Notes under the pieces: generated by a model
What the model was told of the DNA's origin: nothing
The model's database searches: none
The model's input: only the letters and a program-made list of their open reading frames with translations
Translations under genes and position numbers: made by a program
Shown here: positions 1-8,867 of the stretch, piece by piece
Layout of the letters: the number at the start of each line of letters is the position of its first letter
How positions within the stretch are numbered: the stretch's first letter is position 1
NCBI GenBank assembly: GCA_048884785.1
Contig: JBHLQM010000032.1
Location: 3,609-36,219 of the forward strand
From: Candidatus Thorarchaeota archaeon
GTDB taxonomy: Archaea > Asgardarchaeota > Thorarchaeia > Thorarchaeales > Thorarchaeaceae
DNA length: 32,611 nucleotides
Direction of reading: 5' to 3'

Positions 1-95
1 TTATCGATTAGTGCAACCTTATACCCCTGCGCAGCAAGATATCTCGCTGCAGTAGATCCAGCCGGACCTGCACCAACAACTGCTATGTCATACAT
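1..95 (-). CDS. Geranylgeranyl reductase family / FAD-dependent oxidoreductase, N-terminus only (runs off the window)
   Basis: Manual minus-strand translation from ATG at 95: [31 protein letters not shown]. This is a GxGxxG Rossmann motif typical of GGR family N-termini. Not in the ORF track. Confidence 0.85.
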   Translation of the reverse strand, partial: MYDIAVVGAGPAGSTAARYLAAQGYKVALID

Positions 96-194
96 TTACT
101 TGCACTGTCTTCTTGTTCCGTCCCGGCTCTTTAATAGTCTTAGGCAAATGAAACCATCAGATGTATATAGGTGCAACCATGATTTCGCATCAGA

Positions 195-1832
195 ATGAGT
201 AGCACAAATAAGCCGCCTGTGCAAGATGAAAGAGTCTCACTCAGGAAGGTCATCTCAAAAATAATCACCTACAGGAGAACCATCAGGATAAGAATCAACG
301 AAGACGAAAGGCTTGATAGATTCTTGCATATTTTCTCAACATTCGTATTTGCCATTAACATAGTTCTCATTGTGTATGCACTACTTTCATTGACATCACG
401 GATGCTGATGAGTGGAGTTCCCTTGGTTGATTCATTGCCAATGGCATTCTATATCTTGCCGCTGATGATTTTCTTACCACTTATCCTTCTTGCATATTAC
501 CGAACACGGTCTGCAATTCTCGCAATAGCCATTCTAGTAATTTCTGCCGTTGTTTTTGGCATCATTTCTGGTCTGATAAGGGGCTTTATTGTCTTACTGA
601 TACTCAATATTTCTGCTGTGGTTATTGTATTTGTACTAGGTCGCTTTCGTTCCAAATACTCAATAAGAAAGATTGGGAAACGAGGAATTGCATGGCTGGT
701 TTTTCTGAACTCTCTTGGACTTATGTTACCAATTTCAATCTATATTATGGGACAGGTTCCTATTGCAACCGTTTCATCCTCTGAAGAGCCTACGATATTT
801 TTGGAGATGCCGCTCGGGGCGTTTGAATATTCTTATGTCAATATCACCCCCACAACAGCTATTTTGGATGAATTCAGCTTGAGCTCCTTCGGCATTGACT
901 TGCGTGTCTTGGCAGGGGATAACGAATCCATCAATCGTCTCATTCTCTGGCTAGATGCTCTCGAATCGAACAGCATCCAATATAGAATCACAATTTCCAC
1001 CAACCGGGAGGCACTTGATTCCTTTGATTCGAATCTACTTGGGTCAACAAGCCTGTTTGAATCACTTTACGAGCTTTACTGGTCCACTCTTGAAAGAATT
1101 CTGACTTTGATGGAAGAAATGTCAATTCCGGCAAATCATCATCAGTTTGTATTGGATATGAGGCTATCACAACTGGAATGGGAGCTCTTAATGTCGAAAA
1201 CTCGGAATGTTGATCTGTTGGGATTTAGCAGTCTTATACGCGAATCTATCGATTCCATTTCTAAGGATGAGCTTTCGTCAATAGTAGAGAACGGAAATGA
1301 GATTGTCAGTAGCCAAGGTATTTCACTATCCTATAGCCTTGAGGGATTTGCGGTAGACGACCTCTTGGATAATGATGCAACAATGATGACATTTTGTGGT
1401 GTCACTTCTGAAACTCTCGCATCCTCAGCGTCTACTCTCGAGATATTTTGTGATAGAACACGCTACTCATATTCAATGTCAGGGGATGTTGGGGAATATC
1501 TTGTCTATGCTTACTCTCTTTCGCCTGCGATAAGCTCTATTCGTCTTGGCACAATTGGTCTCACGAACGGACTAGACCTAAATCCATCACCTGTATACCA
1601 GGAACTGGACGAATTGGCCATGGACATTGTTATTGCTTCTGGTAATGGTGTTGCTGAAATTGTTCTATCATCTCTTCCATTTCTTATCTCCACCTATGGT
1701 GAGAATGGTCCAACGCAATTGAAATCGGAAATTGAGTCCATTGGGATTGTAGAAGTTACATACACGTTTAGAGTCTACGCTTTCCGTGCAGTAATAATGG
1801 CAATTGATTCATTTGATTCAATCATGCTCTAG
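195..1832 (+). CDS. Hypothetical membrane protein (about 5 N-terminal TM helices plus a large acidic soluble domain)
   Basis: 545-aa ORF with hydrophobic segments in residues ~45-185 followed by an acidic alpha/beta region; no recognised motif. Confidence 0.8.
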   Translation: MSSTNKPPVQDERVSLRKVISKIITYRRTIRIRINEDERLDRFLHIFSTFVFAINIVLIVYALLSLTSRMLMSGVPLVDSLPMAFYILPLMIFLPLILLAYYRTRSAILAIAILVISAVVFGIISGLIRGFIVLLILNISAVVIVFVLGRFRSKYSIRKIGKRGIAWLVFLNSLGLMLPISIYIMGQVPIATVSSSEEPTIFLEMPLGAFEYSYVNITPTTAILDEFSLSSFGIDLRVLAGDNESINRLILWLDALESNSIQYRITISTNREALDSFDSNLLGSTSLFESLYELYWSTLERILTLMEEMSIPANHHQFVLDMRLSQLEWELLMSKTRNVDLLGFSSLIRESIDSISKDELSSIVENGNEIVSSQGISLSYSLEGFAVDDLLDNDATMMTFCGVTSETLASSASTLEIFCDRTRYSYSMSGDVGEYLVYAYSLSPAISSIRLGTIGLTNGLDLNPSPVYQELDELAMDIVIASGNGVAEIVLSSLPFLISTYGENGPTQLKSEIESIGIVEVTYTFRVYAFRAVIMAIDSFDSIML

Positions 1833-2739
1833 GCGATTTCAGATAAACCTCAAAGACTCCATTCCATATTTCACTATCTTTTGCCGGCTTTATGAGAAGA
1901 TCGCCTCCTATATTCACAGCCTCTGGTTTTGCAGGGCTTTTCTTCCAAATGTCACTAAAAATCAATGAGTGAACATTCGTTTGAAAATCCTCTGTGACTC
2001 GAGAAATGCTGTTTTCTATATAGGCAGCATCGATTCCAATTGACGACAAATCCGCGGTTGTTCTAAACATTCTTTCTTCATTCACTGCTCCAACAGATTT
2101 GTCGAAACTATAACCAATTCCACCTACAAGGTAAAAAGTTGCCTGTGGGACTGACGGTTGCTCTCCGACGGAAAGGATATTGTTTCCTGAGAGAAGAAGA
2201 TATTCCGGGGCTGCGACATTAAATGGGATTGATGCTGCTTCTGCTGATACTTCATCAAGTTTCAAGTCCTTGGCTAGGAACCAATCAAGTGTCCGAACTT
2301 GCTGCGCAAAAAGAAAAGGAGTGAAATCACCAAAGTGGATGATATTCTTGGCTTTACGCAGAATTACATCAACTGTTTTCTGGCAACTCTTGAGAAATAT
2401 CATCCGCTCCTCTTTTGACTCGAGTCGTTTATTGGCTGCGGCAACAACTTTGAGATAATCTAGATCTCTGATTTTCGATAGGATGGTGTGGCTCAAATAT
2501 GTGTTTTCTGGACTTTCAAGAAAACCATCTTTCTTGGCAATGGCTGAGGGTAGTTCATTCTGAAAGAAAATCTGTCTCGGATCCTTTATGCCCTTCTGTT
2601 TAAAGAAAATGCCAATATCCAATCCATGTGTTGGTACATCAGCTAGTTGTCTGACAAATGGGCCCTCGGGCACAATCTCTCTTGTGATAGTCTTCTGGTA
2701 CAATTGAGAGTATTTTGAAAACACATCTGTCTTTGACAT
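1822..2739 (-). CDS. Hypothetical soluble protein (~305 aa)
   Basis: Long ORF 1822..2814; probable start at ATG 2739 (MSKTDVF), preceded by GATGTGTGATT; convergent 11-nt overlap with the upstream gene. Confidence 0.75.
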   Translation of the reverse strand: MSKTDVFSKYSQLYQKTITREIVPEGPFVRQLADVPTHGLDIGIFFKQKGIKDPRQIFFQNELPSAIAKKDGFLESPENTYLSHTILSKIRDLDYLKVVAAANKRLESKEERMIFLKSCQKTVDVILRKAKNIIHFGDFTPFLFAQQVRTLDWFLAKDLKLDEVSAEAASIPFNVAAPEYLLLSGNNILSVGEQPSVPQATFYLVGGIGYSFDKSVGAVNEERMFRTTADLSSIGIDAAYIENSISRVTEDFQTNVHSLIFSDIWKKSPAKPEAVNIGGDLLIKPAKDSEIWNGVFEVYLKSPRA

Positions 2740-2913
2740 AATCACACATCCCGAAGATATGGAATTACAAGTGCATGTTCTATTATCTCTTAGGGTGATA
2801 AGCATGTAGGACAATTTGTATTCGATTTCTACCCTACAACTATCCGCAACCTATAAAGGGTCAATGTCTAGGGCTAAATGCTCAATCTGAATCATTATTG
2901 TTGGGTGAACTGC

Positions 2914-3207
2914 ATGGAACGGAAGGAAAAGGCCAAAGCTGCAGCAATATCAGGATTAATAGTATTCATAGGTTCGATGCTGTTTCTTCTCCCAATACCC
3001 GGCTTTTACCTGTTGTCTCTCATACTCATGTTCATTGGAGTTGTTTTGATTGGTATGGGAGGTGCAATCCTAAAGGGATTCGACAAATCAATGGATGTTC
3101 CTGAGGAGGAATGCTATCACTGTAAAGGGCGTGGAAAAACCGAAGATGGTGCCATTTGCCCACGATGTGGTGGCACAGGAACTGCCAGACCAGATGACTA
3201 CCAATAG
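2914..3207 (+). CDS. Small 2-TM membrane protein with DnaJ-type zinc finger (2x CxxCxGxG)
   Basis: Two hydrophobic helices, then CYHCKGRG and CPRCGGTG; probable start MERKEK at 2914. Confidence 0.85.
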   Translation: MERKEKAKAAAISGLIVFIGSMLFLLPIPGFYLLSLILMFIGVVLIGMGGAILKGFDKSMDVPEEECYHCKGRGKTEDGAICPRCGGTGTARPDDYQ

Positions 3208-3230
3208 GCAATAGAAGAGATGCACATATT

Positions 3231-3920
3231 ATGAAGCCAATCATTATTGGTCATAGAGGAGCACCTACGCTAGCAACTGAAAATACTATAGAATCGTTCG
3301 TCATGGCAATCAAATTGGGTGCCGACATGATCGAGATGGATGTACATGAGTCTGAAGATGGTCATTTGATAATCCTGCACGATGATGATATTGCCCGTGT
3401 TTCATCACAGCAAGGTGTAGTGTCAAAAATGAGCCTTTCTGAAATAAAGGAAGTAACTCTACTTGGAGGTGAAAGGATTCCAACCCTTGAGGAGGTTCTT
3501 GAATTAGCTAAAGGTACAGTCAAAGTAGATATTGAAATCAAAGTACCCGGAGTTGAGAAGAAAGCCCTTGATTTAGTATATCACCGGAGAATGCTGAAAG
3601 ACACACTTTTCTCCTCCTTCTCAAACGAGATAGTTCAGGAAATTAGTTACCTTGAGCCAAATGCAGAAACCGCGTTGATTTATGAACAACCTCTGGAACA
3701 TCCAATTGAAGATGCATTAGAACTAGGAGCTTCTGCAATCAATCCTCTTTTTCTTCTCCTTGAGCCAGGGGTTGTTGAATACGCCCATACAAATGGATTG
3801 AAGGTTTATCCTTGGGGTGTCAATTTCGAGAGCATGATTTATGAGATGGTTCTCATGAATGTAGATGGCATTATCACTAACGAGATTGAATTATGTAAGA
3901 AGGTGCTAATGTCAACTTAA
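3231..3920 (+). CDS. ugpQ: Glycerophosphodiester phosphodiesterase (GDPD, cytoplasmic UgpQ-like)
   Basis: IIGHRGA, ENT, IEMDVH, HDD, IPTLEEVL, IEIK and GIITN motifs of the GDPD family; no signal peptide. Confidence 0.93.
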   Translation: MKPIIIGHRGAPTLATENTIESFVMAIKLGADMIEMDVHESEDGHLIILHDDDIARVSSQQGVVSKMSLSEIKEVTLLGGERIPTLEEVLELAKGTVKVDIEIKVPGVEKKALDLVYHRRMLKDTLFSSFSNEIVQEISYLEPNAETALIYEQPLEHPIEDALELGASAINPLFLLLEPGVVEYAHTNGLKVYPWGVNFESMIYEMVLMNVDGIITNEIELCKKVLMST

Positions 3921-3974
3921 TGTGTGATTTGAATCATTCTTGCTGTTTTCTACATTTTCAAAGCAAATAAAGAC

Positions 3975-4022
3975 TGCATTGACTCCGCAGGTAGGAATAC
4001 CGTACCTCTCGGAGCCAATGTA
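3975..4022. terminator. Long stem-loop between convergent genes (possible terminator or 3' structure)
   Basis: Nested inverted repeats CATTG/CAATG, CTCCG/CGGAG and AGGTA/TACCT; followed by a T-rich tract on the minus strand. Confidence 0.5.
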
Positions 4023-4039
4023 CTATACATTATCTATAT

Positions 4040-5995
4040 TTACTGAACAGGCGCCTGGTATTCTTCCTCTATAGCCTTCAATGCCTGATCCACGCGAGTG
4101 AATGAGAACCCAGATTTGAACATGCCCAGGCGGAATCCAGATATAAGCCACCCTACTGGTAGCATTATTTCGAGTCCTGAAACCAGAATCACAACAAATG
4201 TAATTACCAGTGACATCTCAAGAGCTGTTGGGAATGCTGAAAAAATAAAGAGTACATATGCTGCAATCAACGCACCAAATGCAATTCCAACAATGGCCGT
4301 CATTCTTAGAATCATGCCTTCTAGCGGATTGCCTGTATCTTCAACCTCTCCAGCTAGTCCGAGATTCAAGGACAGTACCAGAACGAAGCTTATAGCGTAG
4401 AGAGCAAGCATGATCGATGCAGCCGTGAGTGCTTGATGTGCCACTCCCTTAAATGCTGATGCAATTACTGGGATAAGGAATGAAAACAACAACGTAATTC
4501 CGCTAATAACATCCCTGCTTCCTGCCTTGTGGCCATGCCCATATCCGACAACTGCAACATTTCTGACAATAAGTGCTAGGATAGGCAAAACCATGACTGT
4601 TGGCGCTTGGATTGCCATTGGAAATGCAGGAAAGAGCGCGACATTGAACCAACGGTTTGTTGGCCATATTGCTGCTGGCCCGCTTCCAAAAAGACCGAGC
4701 ATGAAGAAGAGGAACATCAAAGAGAATAATATCGTTGTCACCATTGTGAGAATAGGCTGTGAATAGTATGTGAATCCTCTAATCTTTGTTTCGACCATCA
4801 GAAGAATCTGTGTCACGATTATTGCCATGAATGGGATTATCACGAATTCTGCTATCGAGAAAGGATATACTGACATTGTAATTGATGATACAACAAGAGG
4901 TAGACCCGTTAAAACATCCGTGCGTCCCATATACACTGCACCGATGAGAAACAGTACTCCGGAAACACTCCATGTTATTGGAAGTATCCATCCTGCAATT
5001 ACATCAGAAATACCGGTTCCAGCTTGGCTGACCCCATAAAGGCCAAAGGCTGCAAGAAATGCTGAGAACCACTTAATCCCACCACTGACAAGATCATCAC
5101 TGATATGAGCGGCTTTCAGTTCCTTTCTACCAAGTCTCGGACCCTGAAGGACCCATAACAACAGAGATGCGATAAATGCCCATACAAGATTATAATTCAT
5201 GCTCAGTGGGGTTGCCAGGGGCGTCCATAAATTGCCCCATGAACTAGTAAATAAGTTTGATAGAACTGCATATCCTCCGATGAGAAAAGTAACTACACCT
5301 GAGAACCCGAAAGCAAATTTTGCCTTTTCCGTGCTCCGTGCATATTCCCTTACAGAATCAATGGGTGACCACCAGAACATAATAGTCATGAACTGTCCAG
5401 CAATTAGCATAATATATGCCAGATAAACGAGTATCGGATTAATGAAATAGCCAATTGCAAGAACAGGGAAGAAGAAACCATTCAGGATTGTTGCTAGAAA
5501 ACCAATCCAGCCTTTGGAAGCATCCGTGTATATAATTGAGAACATCTGCCAGAACATTACAAAAACAACTGATACTGACGCTCCAAAAATAACATAGCTT
5601 TGGATTGCAGTGACAGTAGTCCAGAAATAACCGCCAACGACGATCAACCCAGTAGTAAGAAGTCCTACAATGGCCGCAACATATCCTACCTGAATAAATG
5701 CCCCGCTTACCTTGATTTTCAACTCTTTTGAACCAAGCATCTGGAGTATCAATCCAATTGACAATAGACCCAGAAATGCGGCAGACAGTAGGAAGTACGT
5801 TTCGCTCGTGATAGTTGATTGAGGTAAATTAGGCAACCTAATGAGTGGCAAACCTCCACTCAGAAGGAGTCCAATAGCCCCAGCAACCAGACCGAAAAGG
5901 CCACCAATTCCTGAGAATCGACCTACTGGATCATAGGATGTGCCATCTCTTCTTTTTTGTGAAAACACTCCTGGTATTGAGAAATCCTCAGCCAT
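4040..5995 (-). CDS. Large polytopic membrane protein (about 15-17 TM), function unknown
   Basis: 651-aa ORF, almost entirely hydrophobic helices; GAGGT SD-like site upstream of the ATG. Confidence 0.85.
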   Translation of the reverse strand: MAEDFSIPGVFSQKRRDGTSYDPVGRFSGIGGLFGLVAGAIGLLLSGGLPLIRLPNLPQSTITSETYFLLSAAFLGLLSIGLILQMLGSKELKIKVSGAFIQVGYVAAIVGLLTTGLIVVGGYFWTTVTAIQSYVIFGASVSVVFVMFWQMFSIIYTDASKGWIGFLATILNGFFFPVLAIGYFINPILVYLAYIMLIAGQFMTIMFWWSPIDSVREYARSTEKAKFAFGFSGVVTFLIGGYAVLSNLFTSSWGNLWTPLATPLSMNYNLVWAFIASLLLWVLQGPRLGRKELKAAHISDDLVSGGIKWFSAFLAAFGLYGVSQAGTGISDVIAGWILPITWSVSGVLFLIGAVYMGRTDVLTGLPLVVSSITMSVYPFSIAEFVIIPFMAIIVTQILLMVETKIRGFTYYSQPILTMVTTILFSLMFLFFMLGLFGSGPAAIWPTNRWFNVALFPAFPMAIQAPTVMVLPILALIVRNVAVVGYGHGHKAGSRDVISGITLLFSFLIPVIASAFKGVAHQALTAASIMLALYAISFVLVLSLNLGLAGEVEDTGNPLEGMILRMTAIVGIAFGALIAAYVLFIFSAFPTALEMSLVITFVVILVSGLEIMLPVGWLISGFRLGMFKSGFSFTRVDQALKAIEEEYQAPVQ

Positions 5996-6176
5996 GACTT
6001 AATACCTCGCTATATGATAGTCAGCGTTGAACTCGCTACGATTCGGGAGGGTATATATCCGTATCGGAGTACGCTTGCAGGTCTTCCATCCATGCATACT
6101 ATACTAAGTAGCTTTCGATTTCAGATACCAACAATAGTATAAGGTCATAGTTTCGACGAGTGGATTGGTGGTACTA

Positions 6177-6326
6177 ATGACAGCTGATTTTGAGCTGATA
6201 GTCAATGGCAAGAAAATATCTATGAATGAATTCGTGAGCAATATTGTTCATGACATTGCTGTAGCTATTCTAAAGAACCTTCATGGAGCACAGTTGGAGA
6301 GAATTAGCAAACTAGAAATATCATGA
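6177..6326 (+). CDS. Small protein (49 aa) resembling the C-terminal domain of archaeal MobB proteins
   Basis: Manual translation MTADFELIVNGKKISMNEFVSNIVHDIAVAILKNLHGAQLERISKLEIS; GGTGG SD upstream; matches the recalled pattern L-x-VNGK-x-I-x-(L/M)N-x-FV; directly upstream of aor. Confidence 0.7.
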   Translation: MTADFELIVNGKKISMNEFVSNIVHDIAVAILKNLHGAQLERISKLEIS

Positions 6327-6347
6327 GTTTGTATTCCTCTGAATACA

Positions 6348-8159
6348 ATGACGCATGAGTGTTGGAACAAGAAAATTCTATGGGTGAATCTCGATAGTCT
6401 TCAAACCAGGACTGAGCAATTGGATCTACATATCTATGAGCGGTTCATTGGTGGAAAGGGTCTCGGCGCATATCTATTGTATAAATACTCCAAGCAACTC
6501 ATTAATCCCCTAGATCCACAGAATATCTTGATTCTTCTCAATGGTCCTATGCAAGGATTGCCCGGACCGACGGTTGGCAGATGGTCTGCCGTGACCAAGT
6601 CACCCTTGACAGGATTATATATCGATTCACATTGTGGAGGACCAACTGGTCGAGATATCAAGAAAGCTGGATATGATGCTATATGTATACAGGGGAAAGC
6701 AGCATTACCTACCATCATACTCATCGACAATGATATCATCACATTTGAAGATGGATCCCAATATTGGGGCAAAGGAGTATACGAAACTACAGCTAATCTT
6801 CATGAACAATATGGAAACGATTTTTCTGTTTACACAATTGGACCTGCGGGGGAAAACCTTGTCCTCTTTGCTACTGCTAGCTGTGAGATTGCACACCAAA
6901 CCGGCAGAGGCGGCATTGGTGCAGTAATGGGATCCAAGAATTTGAAAGCTGTTGTGATCAGAGGGACCAATGATATTCAGGCATTCGATATTGAAGCGAT
7001 GCGTGATGTTAACAAGGAATTCAATTCCAAGTGGCGTAAGCTGGAGATCGATTTTAAGAAGTATGGAACTAGACATCTTGTTGAGCTGGCAAATCAATTT
7101 GGGCAGTTTCCGGCTGAAAATTGGAAAAATGGATTCATGGACGAGTATGCGAATCTTGATCATGTTCTAATGGACGAGAATTATGGACTGGGGGCACATT
7201 ACTCATGCCCTCATTGTGTAATTCGCTGCACTCATGCATTCAAATCGTCAGACCCAAGAACCTCTTCTCAGGTAGAGTCAATGATTGAGTACGAAACCCT
7301 GGGTCTTCTGGGTGGCAATTTGCTCATCTCGGAACCGACACACGTGCTTCAACTAAACTACCTTTGCGATGATCTTGGGCTTGATACAATAACAACTGGC
7401 AGTGTGATTGGATTTGCCATGGAAGCATTTGAAAAGGGCATTCTAACTCGGGCTGATTTTGGATTTGATGTGAATTTTGGAAACGTTGAAAGCGCAATCA
7501 AGCTTATAGAAATCATTGCAAAGAGAGATGGAGTTGGAAACACTTTATCAAAGGGTGTGAAACAAGCATCAGACATCATTGGAAAAGGTAGTGAAAGTTT
7601 CGCAGTTCATGTCAAAGGGCTTGAAGTAGCCGCATGGGATCCGAGAGGCAGATTGGGACAAGGCGTCCTCTATGCAACAGCAGATGTGGGAGGTAGCCAT
7701 TTACGGGGGTGGCCTCCAACCTCTGACCCTCCAAATCGCTCTGTGGTGGATTTTGTAGAAAAGCTGATTCCTGGAAGAGTTGAGAAACTACTCAAAGATA
7801 CCTTTGTTATTTGTCATTTCACAAATCGACTGCCACTTACTCTGGAACAGATGACTCGAATGTTTAATGGAGCATCCGGATTGAGTTATACAACTGAAGA
7901 CATGAAGCAGGTTGCTTTTCGTATTGAGTCATTGATAAGGATGTTCAATATTCGGGAAGGTCTGAAGAGAAGTGATGATTCATTGCCTCAGCGGTTTTGG
8001 GAACCACAGACTCATGGACCAAGGAAAGGAATGCGTGCTTTTGTAAGTGAGGAAGATATGCACGCCGCTATTGATAGGTATTACGAGATTATGGGGTGGG
8101 ATTCTGACGGGATGCCAACCGAGAGAAATATTCGGGAGCTCAATCTTGATGCTATATAG
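6348..8159 (+). CDS. aor: Tungsten-containing aldehyde:ferredoxin oxidoreductase family protein
   Basis: IGGKGLG, KSPLTG, IGPAGENLV, GRGGIGAVMGSKNLKAV, CPHCVIRC (4Fe-4S), EYET, DDLGLDTI, HVKGLE, DPRG and FNIREG motifs. Confidence 0.95.
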   Translation: MTHECWNKKILWVNLDSLQTRTEQLDLHIYERFIGGKGLGAYLLYKYSKQLINPLDPQNILILLNGPMQGLPGPTVGRWSAVTKSPLTGLYIDSHCGGPTGRDIKKAGYDAICIQGKAALPTIILIDNDIITFEDGSQYWGKGVYETTANLHEQYGNDFSVYTIGPAGENLVLFATASCEIAHQTGRGGIGAVMGSKNLKAVVIRGTNDIQAFDIEAMRDVNKEFNSKWRKLEIDFKKYGTRHLVELANQFGQFPAENWKNGFMDEYANLDHVLMDENYGLGAHYSCPHCVIRCTHAFKSSDPRTSSQVESMIEYETLGLLGGNLLISEPTHVLQLNYLCDDLGLDTITTGSVIGFAMEAFEKGILTRADFGFDVNFGNVESAIKLIEIIAKRDGVGNTLSKGVKQASDIIGKGSESFAVHVKGLEVAAWDPRGRLGQGVLYATADVGGSHLRGWPPTSDPPNRSVVDFVEKLIPGRVEKLLKDTFVICHFTNRLPLTLEQMTRMFNGASGLSYTTEDMKQVAFRIESLIRMFNIREGLKRSDDSLPQRFWEPQTHGPRKGMRAFVSEEDMHAAIDRYYEIMGWDSDGMPTERNIRELNLDAI

Positions 8160-8160
8160 A

Positions 8161-8625
8161 TTACTCAAAGATTCTTGTCTTGAATTCCCTTCTAAGTAAA
8201 ACCTCTTTATGATGCTCGTTGAACTGTGTGCTTCTGAAGATTTCGATGACCTCTTCTCGTCGTTCTGAAACTAGCGCATCCAAACAGCTAAGATTTCTTT
8301 CTTCTGCAATCTCTACGCACTTATTCAACATCTGCAAACCTAGATTTGTGGATTCCAGCTCATCCTCAATCTCAAAATGCTGCACAAATCCCACTTTTCC
8401 CAATGAAGGATCTTGCCCAATATCCAAGCGCAATGCTGCCACGACCATCCCTTCTGTGACTGCAACAACGAACATGGTTTCTCTTGCCATGCCACTTGCA
8501 GATGGCGTCAAACGGCTAGATAGATTCTGGAAATCCATTCCTTCTCGTGCATAGAACTCTTTGAGTGCCTGTCTATCACGGGCATCTGCTAATCTGACTT
8601 CTATTGGCAATTCAAGAATCCTCAC
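8161..8625 (-). CDS. GNAT-fold N-acetyltransferase family protein
   Basis: VRLA..D start, FVVA...VVA strand pair, G+Q+L...+E+A helix and size are typical of GNAT; acetyl-CoA motif A is degenerate. Confidence 0.75.
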   Translation of the reverse strand: MRILELPIEVRLADARDRQALKEFYAREGMDFQNLSSRLTPSASGMARETMFVVAVTEGMVVAALRLDIGQDPSLGKVGFVQHFEIEDELESTNLGLQMLNKCVEIAEERNLSCLDALVSERREEVIEIFRSTQFNEHHKEVLLRREFKTRIFE

Positions 8626-8729
8626 ATTAGTACCTATCTTTACATTCCATTTCGATTACAAACATTTTGGTTCTTTTTTTTGGCTATTTCCAAAGAGGAT
8701 ATTACGGTTTCTGGTCAATATTAGCTTGG

Positions 8730-8867
8730 ATGGAGCTATACAAGTTGACACTGTCAAAACCCGATGACCAACCTGAAGGCTTTCTACTTCTCCTTATCTT
8801 AGGAGTCTCCTTCATACTCATTATAGCTGCACTGTCACTTGTGTACATGCTTGCCGCACTCGGTTAG
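8730..8867 (+). CDS. Possible small single-TM protein (45 aa)
   Basis: MELYKLTLSKPDDQPEG followed by a ~25-residue hydrophobic helix; fills the gap between the GNAT and MinD genes; 4-nt stop overlap with minD. Confidence 0.4.
   Translation: MELYKLTLSKPDDQPEGFLLLLILGVSFILIIAALSLVYMLAALG

Noticed and set aside
6324-6347. Selenocysteine read-through fusing the 49-aa ORF to AOR
   Set aside because: No SECIS-like element identified (the aor 3' end abuts a convergent gene), the UGA is not at a recognisable catalytic Cys position, and both parts look complete. Kept only as a caveat.
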